A DNA stretch of 33,946 nt, from positions 1-33,946 of IMG/VR virus record IMGVR_UViG_3300025848_000115; one strand, written 5' to 3'. This document shows positions 28,724-33,946 of this stretch, piece after piece. A model generated the notes under the pieces. It searched no databases. It saw only the letters and a list, made by a program, of their open reading frames with translations, and was not told the DNA's origin. The stretch's first letter is position 1, and the number at the start of each line of letters is the position of its first letter. This DNA comes from a virus (Duplodnaviria > Caudoviricetes). A program made the position numbers and the translations under genes.

Positions 28724-28816
28724 CTCCCCAGCCCAAGAACCAAGGTCAACGGTTGGGATTCGGTTGGTTTAAAAATTCCCGCGGGAAAAAAATTGCTGAA
28801 AAACGGTCATCGGAGG

Positions 28817-29146
28817 TTAGACTGCAGTACCTTTAAGACCCATAAGGGCTAAGAAGTCCCTCGGGATCATCCACTGAAGACCTGCACAGCCATTTCTCAT
28901 GGTAAAGAGGCGGACCATAGGATCCCCGCGGTCTTCGATATAGAACTTAGCATTGGAATTCAGCACTTCGAACGGAATTATTCGTAGGTAATGCAGAAAA
29001 ATAGCGTGTTCTCGCTCAATAGGCATCACAAGACCGTTGTTTTGGGCGGCTATGCCGATCACGTCAATCAATTTTGTGCACTCATCAGCCGTTGCGACGC
29101 TAAAATATGATAAAAAAACTGCAAGTATGAGTATTGAGCGGTTCAT
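28817..29146 (-). CDS. Exported hypothetical protein
   Basis: Signal peptide MNRSILILAVFLSYFSVATA; AAGGA RBS on the minus strand. Confidence 0.7.
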   Translation of the reverse strand: MNRSILILAVFLSYFSVATADECTKLIDVIGIAAQNNGLVMPIEREHAIFLHYLRIIPFEVLNSNAKFYIEDRGDPMVRLFTMRNGCAGLQWMIPRDFLALMGLKGTAV

Positions 29147-29208
29147 TTGACGATCCTTAGTAGTTTGTATAGATATATATTACTCAATTTCACTTTTTAA
29201 GGTAAGAT

Positions 29209-29780
29209 ATGAAGACTTTTGATGGACTTTTTAATAAGACAGAGTTTGATCCGAAGAATGCGACTCATTTGAAGCTGTTCCAGCGATTCTTGGAGACTGG
29301 AAAATGGAGCGGGTGTCCGTTCAAGCTGAATGAGGACTACCAGAGCATCCCGGGTATGATATATGACTCGATCAAGAACGAGTTGATGAGGAGAGTCTGT
29401 GTATGAGACCTTATGAGTGGCCAACGGGTAAGAAGCCGGCAAAGAGAGTCTACGAGCACAGGAGCAAGATCTACCGGCCTGAGGTTATCGAGGACCTAAA
29501 GAAGGACACGTACCGCGTCGATCACTGGGTCGAGGATCTAGAAGGCATGCAGATGTTCAAGGCAGACTATACACCGTATCATAAGATGAGTAAGCGTGAC
29601 TTTGAGATGTACGTCGACCTAGGTTGTCCAGTTCAAAGAGGAGACCACCCCTGGAGTCACTATAGGCTGTACGAGGCCTATAAGAAAAAGCCCGAAACGT
29701 TTGACGATAAGATAAATAAAGCTTTCAAGAAAGTAACGGAGAAAGTAAAGAGTGCCATTAGGAAGACACGTAATACTTGA
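29209..29780 (+). CDS. Two hypothetical genes (29209-29406, 29403-29780)
   Basis: AAGG RBS and ATGA coupling. Confidence 0.65.
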
Positions 29781-30117
29781 GTGTCACGGGTGTGACGAGG
29801 AGCAGCTGAAAGACGAAGCCCTCTTGCAAAGAGTGATGGAAGACGGAGCTGTTTTCGCTCGTGCTGAGGTTCTCCATAGTTACTTCCATAAGTTTGATCA
29901 GGGAGAGGGAGTTACCGGCGTGGTTGCTCTGGCTGAATCACACATATCCGTTCATACTTGGCCGGAACATCGTTACATGGCTGTGGATATCTTTATGTGC
30001 GGAGACTGTAACCCATACGACACTTTCGATTACATCATCACCAACATGGTTATCGGTGAATACAGCGTTGATTGTATTGATCGCGGGTCTGAATATACGA
30101 ACTTACATAACGTATAA
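29752..30117 (+). CDS. speD: S-adenosylmethionine decarboxylase proenzyme
   Basis: LGRHVILE, GVTGVVALAESHISVHTWPE (pyruvoyl self-cleavage E-S) and VDIFMCG. Confidence 0.95.
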   Translation: MPLGRHVILECHGCDEEQLKDEALLQRVMEDGAVFARAEVLHSYFHKFDQGEGVTGVVALAESHISVHTWPEHRYMAVDIFMCGDCNPYDTFDYIITNMVIGEYSVDCIDRGSEYTNLHNV

Positions 30118-30120
30118 ATA
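30113..30120 (+). promoter_or_regulatory. T4-type late promoter upstream of pqqA
   Basis: TATAAATA overlapping the speD stop. Confidence 0.6.
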
Positions 30121-30175
30121 TTACGAGCAGTGTATACACTATAAAAAAAATCATATTTTGATCAAGGAGAAGAAC

Positions 30176-30250
30176 ATGAACTGGACAACACCTACTTTTG
30201 AAGATTTTAGACTCGGTTTTGAAATTACACTCTACATCAACAACCGCTAA
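30176..30250 (+). CDS. pqqA: PQQ precursor peptide PqqA (24 aa)
   Basis: AAGGAG RBS; MNWTTPTFEDFRLGFEITLYINNR matches the PqqA pattern MxWxxP...RxGFE[IV]TxYxxNR with the E-x-x-x-Y core. Confidence 0.93.
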   Translation: MNWTTPTFEDFRLGFEITLYINNR

Positions 30251-30280
30251 ACAATTTAATTATTTAAAGGAGAAATTAAT

Positions 30281-30913
30281 ATGAAGAAGATTATCTTTGC
30301 TGTACTGTGCGCAGTTTTTGCACAAGTGTCTTTTGCTGACCAGCTAGCAACTGATAAGAAGATTTATCGAGACACAGTTATTTGGCCCATCATAAGTAAC
30401 ATTGTTCTTTGCCGGCCGAATGCATCTGGTTTAGGCCCAAACCCAACCAAAGCGCAGATGGATGCATGCTGGGCTAGTATGCAGGGTAAGGGATTTAGGT
30501 TCCCCACGTTAGAAGCAATCAACGCAGAAGTTGATCGATCCACTACTTTGCATGCTAACATCGCTCGTGGTAAATGGCAGATTAAGACTGCACAGACGCC
30601 CGAAGAGCTTCCTTATTGGAACAATCGATGTGGTGCACCAGACAAGATTACTCAGATCCCAATGGCTACAACGTTTGAAGAATGTGAAGCTAAGGTAAGT
30701 AAGTGGTCCAATCAAGAAACCAAGGCTGCGTTTCTCTCACGCGATTATATCGTAGACGAGAATGGTAACTGGGTCGATCATCGCAATGCATATACAATCC
30801 AACCCGGTTGGGCAAAGAGACTCGGTCATACTAATCCAAGATTTGCAACCAATATTTGGAACAGCAAGCTAGCTACGTTGAAAGCTAAGTTGGCTGCAGC
30901 TGCTCCTAAGTAA
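30281..30913 (+). CDS. Secreted hypothetical protein
   Basis: AAGGAG RBS; signal peptide MKKIIFAVLCAVFAQVSFA; four Cys in the mature part. Confidence 0.8.
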   Translation: MKKIIFAVLCAVFAQVSFADQLATDKKIYRDTVIWPIISNIVLCRPNASGLGPNPTKAQMDACWASMQGKGFRFPTLEAINAEVDRSTTLHANIARGKWQIKTAQTPEELPYWNNRCGAPDKITQIPMATTFEECEAKVSKWSNQETKAAFLSRDYIVDENGNWVDHRNAYTIQPGWAKRLGHTNPRFATNIWNSKLATLKAKLAAAAPK

Positions 30914-30926
30914 TAAGAGGTTATAC

Positions 30927-31046
30927 ATGTTAAGCACATTATTTTGGTTAGCTGTCGGTGCATTCATCGGTTGGAACTTACCTCAGCCTGAATTCGCCAA
31001 GCGTATTCAACAAATCATAGAAGAAAAAATAGATATCTTTAAATAA
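30927..31046 (+). CDS. Small membrane protein (39 aa; not in ORF track)
   Basis: GAGG RBS; MLSTLFWLAVGAFIGWNLPQP... Confidence 0.7.
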   Translation: MLSTLFWLAVGAFIGWNLPQPEFAKRIQQIIEEKIDIFK

Positions 31047-31060
31047 GAAAGTGATATATT

Positions 31061-31540
31061 ATGACTAAAGCAACTAGAGTAGTTTTGCGAGCAGGAAAAG
31101 AATGTAGTACCGAATGGGCCGAACCATGGCTTACGACAGATGATAATGGTAGCTGTTCCACAGATGATGATGGTTCTACTGAATGGGGTCTATGTCACGA
31201 GAAGATTGGTAAAAACAATAATACCAGATGGTACACAGGTGGTTCATCGGATATCTATGGTGATGTTGATGGGCAAGTGTTAGAACAAGGTAAATATTGT
31301 GTTTCATTCTCTTGTTTTAATCCTTGGCTAGGATATCCTCTTGTAGTATTCAATAGTGGTGGGATGGGCGCATATGCATTTCAGCAGAGTGATCATAGAG
31401 CCCGATTGTCAGAGGGTGAATCATATGAATATATTTCTGAGCTATTCGATAGCGGAATAAAGTATAAGCATATTATTAAAAGACTCGATGATACAGATTA
31501 TAAGGAATTTGAAGTCTGGATTGCAGTAGAAAAAGTTTAA
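31061..31540 (+). CDS. Hypothetical protein
   Basis: 159-aa ORF in operon orientation. Confidence 0.7.
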   Translation: MTKATRVVLRAGKECSTEWAEPWLTTDDNGSCSTDDDGSTEWGLCHEKIGKNNNTRWYTGGSSDIYGDVDGQVLEQGKYCVSFSCFNPWLGYPLVVFNSGGMGAYAFQQSDHRARLSEGESYEYISELFDSGIKYKHIIKRLDDTDYKEFEVWIAVEKV

Positions 31541-31547
31541 ATAAGCT

Positions 31548-31620
31548 AAGCCCGGCCAGTACGGTGGGACGTGCAGATCGACAAGACTAGGACAAGGTTC
31601 GAATCCAAGCTGGGCTTTTT
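31548..31620 (+). ncRNA. tRNA-like structured element / degenerate tRNA
   Basis: Closing stem AAGCCCGGC/GCTGGGCTT, D-loop-like AGTACGGTGG, T-loop GGTTCGAATCC, U-tract; T and anticodon stems are defective. Confidence 0.4.
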
Positions 31621-31635
31621 ATATATGGGTTAACT

Positions 31636-31986
31636 ATGATAAATTTATTAGTGGATGAAGCGTATGCGTTTGACTATCTAAGTGTTCTAGAAATTAAAAA
31701 AAATAATTCATTAAAAGATCGTCAGTACTATTCGATGATCTATGACCATGTCCGATTAGAAATTGGAAATGAATCATTTGATCGCATCATTGCATCTGAG
31801 ATATATCATGAAATGATATATGCAAATAAAAAAATCTATGATTTGATAGATGATATAAGAATTAGAAAAATAAGTATGGACGCTAAAATTGTAGATGACG
31901 CTAATAACCAAAGATTTTTCTTAAAAAGAAAGCTTCAACAAAAATATTTTACAAATGAATTGACTGAATTGAAGACTGGTATTTAA
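31636..31986 (+). CDS. Hypothetical protein (DUF6165-like)
   Basis: DYLSVLEIK...NNQRFFLK pattern, usually found in glycosylation clusters. Confidence 0.6.
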   Translation: MINLLVDEAYAFDYLSVLEIKKNNSLKDRQYYSMIYDHVRLEIGNESFDRIIASEIYHEMIYANKKIYDLIDDIRIRKISMDAKIVDDANNQRFFLKRKLQQKYFTNELTELKTGI

Positions 31987-31987
31987 T

Positions 31988-33022
31988 ATGAAAAAAGCTT
32001 TAATCACCGGTATTACTGGCCAAGATGGTTCTTATTTAGCTGAACTGCTGTGTGAACAAAACTATGAAGTTCATGGAACAATAAGAAGACAATCAGATCG
32101 TGATCATAAAAATATCAAGCATATTAAAAATAACTGCGTCTTTCACCAGTTAGATCTTACAGATTATAATTCTATAACTAGGTGTATAGAACTCATTAAG
32201 CCGCAAGAAATCTATAACCTTGCGGCGCAAAGCCATGTGAAGCTTAGTTTTGACCTTCCCATTAACACCGCAGATATTAATTCATTGGGTCCTCTTCGTA
32301 TCTTAGAAGCAATTAAGCAACTAAAGCTAGATATAAAGTTTTATCAAGCTAGCACCAGTGAATTGTTTGGAACGACTGATGAATTTCCTCAAAACGAGAA
32401 TACATATTTCATGCCCGCCAGTCCTTATGGAATATCTAAAATGTTTGCACATTGGTCTGTAATCAATTACAGATCGAGCTATAATATGTTTGCATGTAAT
32501 GGAATATTGTTTAATCATGAAAGTCCTAGGAGAGGAGAGTTATTTGTTACTAAAAAAATAACTAGTGGTTTTGCAAAAATATTTTTAGACATTAAAAACA
32601 ATCGTGTTCATTACCCCATTCATCTTGGAAATTTAGATTCTCTTCGAGACTGGGGACATGCAAAAGATTATGTAGAAGCTATGTGGTTGATGCTGCAACA
32701 AAACGAACCCAATGATTACGTGATAAGTTCTGAGAAGCAATACTCAATACGACAATTTTGCAATTTAACCGCTGACTTTTTTGGGTTCAAATTAGAATGG
32801 ATTGGTGAGGGTCTAAATGAACACGCTGTAGATAAAGAAACAGGAAAATTAATAGTAGTTGTAGATCCTGCTTTCTACCGCCCGGTAGATGTTGTCAATC
32901 TTATTGGAGATTCTACTAAAGCTCATACTGATTTAAATTGGACTCCTAAATATAATATAGTCGACTTAGTAAATGAAATGTGCTCGTATGATCTTAACGA
33001 AAAGGAAAAAGAATATGTCTAA
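31988..33022 (+). CDS. gmd: GDP-mannose 4,6-dehydratase
   Basis: ALITGITGQDGSYLAE, YNLAAQSHV, YQASTSELFG, SPYGISK, GILFNHESPRRG, RDWGHAKDYV. Confidence 0.97.
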   Translation: MKKALITGITGQDGSYLAELLCEQNYEVHGTIRRQSDRDHKNIKHIKNNCVFHQLDLTDYNSITRCIELIKPQEIYNLAAQSHVKLSFDLPINTADINSLGPLRILEAIKQLKLDIKFYQASTSELFGTTDEFPQNENTYFMPASPYGISKMFAHWSVINYRSSYNMFACNGILFNHESPRRGELFVTKKITSGFAKIFLDIKNNRVHYPIHLGNLDSLRDWGHAKDYVEAMWLMLQQNEPNDYVISSEKQYSIRQFCNLTADFFGFKLEWIGEGLNEHAVDKETGKLIVVVDPAFYRPVDVVNLIGDSTKAHTDLNWTPKYNIVDLVNEMCSYDLNEKEKEYV

Positions 33023-33946
33023 ATGGCCTTTGATAAAAAATGCAATAAAGTTTACTGATAGAGTAAAGCTATGTAGTTTTATACTAACATCTGACCGATA
33101 TACTAATGGGCAAAAAGTTCGTGAGTTTGAAAAGATGTGGTCGGAGTGGATAGGCTCTAAGCATTCGTTAATGGTGAGTTCTGGATCTACTGCTAATTTT
33201 CTTCTTTTAGCTGCAATAAAAGAAAAATATAATTTAAAAGAAGGTGACAAAGTATTAGTTCCTGCATGCACATGGGTTACTAATATAAGTCCAATAATTC
33301 AATTGGGATTGACACCAATTTTCTGCGATATAAATTTAACTAATTTTAGTTTTGATTTAGATCATATGAATCTTATTAAGAAGAAGCACGATATAAAAGC
33401 TATCTTCATAACACACCTACTAGGCTTCAGCGCAGAGAATGAAAAATATAAACAGATATTTCCTGATGCAATTATTTTAGAAGACGTATGTGAAAGTCAT
33501 GGCTGTAAGAGTGAAGATGGAGAACTTAGAGGAAAGGAAAAGGGAACATTTAGTTTTTATTTTGGTCACCATATGACTACTATAGAAGGTGGGATGGTTA
33601 CAACGAGTGATGACGATTTATATGAACTCATGCGCATGAAAAGAAGTCATGGGCTAGCTAGAGAATCTGGCAACTTAAAAAAATACACAGAAAAATATCC
33701 GGATATTCATCCTCAATTTTTATTCATGACTGATGGGTATAATTTTAGAAGCACTGAACTAAATGCAATCTTGGGCATTCAGCAATTACCTAGACTCGAT
33801 TCATTTATAGAGATTAGACGACAAAATTTTAAATTGTTTGTTGATTTGATCACTGAACGCGAAGACTTGTTTCATCAGATAGATAATCAATCGGGCAATA
33901 GCAATTATGCTTTTCCTTTTATCTGCAAAACTCTTGAAATTAAAAA
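33015..33946 (+). CDS. DegT/DnrJ/EryC1/StrS-fold PLP enzyme, ColD/E1 dehydratase-like (runs off window)
   Basis: Manual translation: MSKWPL...VSSGSTAN...EDVCESHG...GTFSFYFGHHMTTIEGG...GYNFR; His occupies the usual PLP-Lys position. Confidence 0.88.
   Translation, partial: MSKWPLIKNAIKFTDRVKLCSFILTSDRYTNGQKVREFEKMWSEWIGSKHSLMVSSGSTANFLLLAAIKEKYNLKEGDKVLVPACTWVTNISPIIQLGLTPIFCDINLTNFSFDLDHMNLIKKKHDIKAIFITHLLGFSAENEKYKQIFPDAIILEDVCESHGCKSEDGELRGKEKGTFSFYFGHHMTTIEGGMVTTSDDDLYELMRMKRSHGLARESGNLKKYTEKYPDIHPQFLFMTDGYNFRSTELNAILGIQQLPRLDSFIEIRRQNFKLFVDLITEREDLFHQIDNQSGNSNYAFPFICKTLEIK

Noticed and set aside
29861-30250. 129-aa ORF in the track
   Set aside because: Overlaps speD out of frame; only the last 24 codons (pqqA) have an RBS and family signal.

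Overview
A 34-kb segment of a large T4-like (Tevenvirinae/Kyanoviridae-style) myophage genome, almost entirely on the + strand. The left AT-rich block (1-12.3 kb) carries a partial Hsp20, a GH19 endolysin, the gp43 DNA polymerase, UvsX, gp41 helicase, a peroxiredoxin, tRNA-Asn, a DUF3445 heme-demethylase-like gene and a glycosyltransferase. The middle block (12.3-28.8 kb) is visibly more GC-rich and consists of many small early genes. About 20 copies of a promoter/leader cassette ([G/C]TGTAC-N17/18-TA[T/C]AAT...AAGG) precede these genes. The right block (29-34 kb) has SAM decarboxylase, a stand-alone PqqA precursor peptide, gmd and a ColD-like PLP enzyme. Highlights missed by the ORF track: (1) a complete type I hammerhead ribozyme at 14022-14120 overlapping a stop codon; (2) phage-encoded pqqA at 30176-30250; (3) a non-coding 23.8-24.5 kb locus with nine IHF-consensus-like repeats plus divergent and convergent promoters around a structured ~125-nt segment (origin- or packaging-like); (4) a conserved in-frame ATG exactly 18 nt upstream of the SD-led start in 13 cassettes. 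All family assignments come from motif recognition, not database searches.
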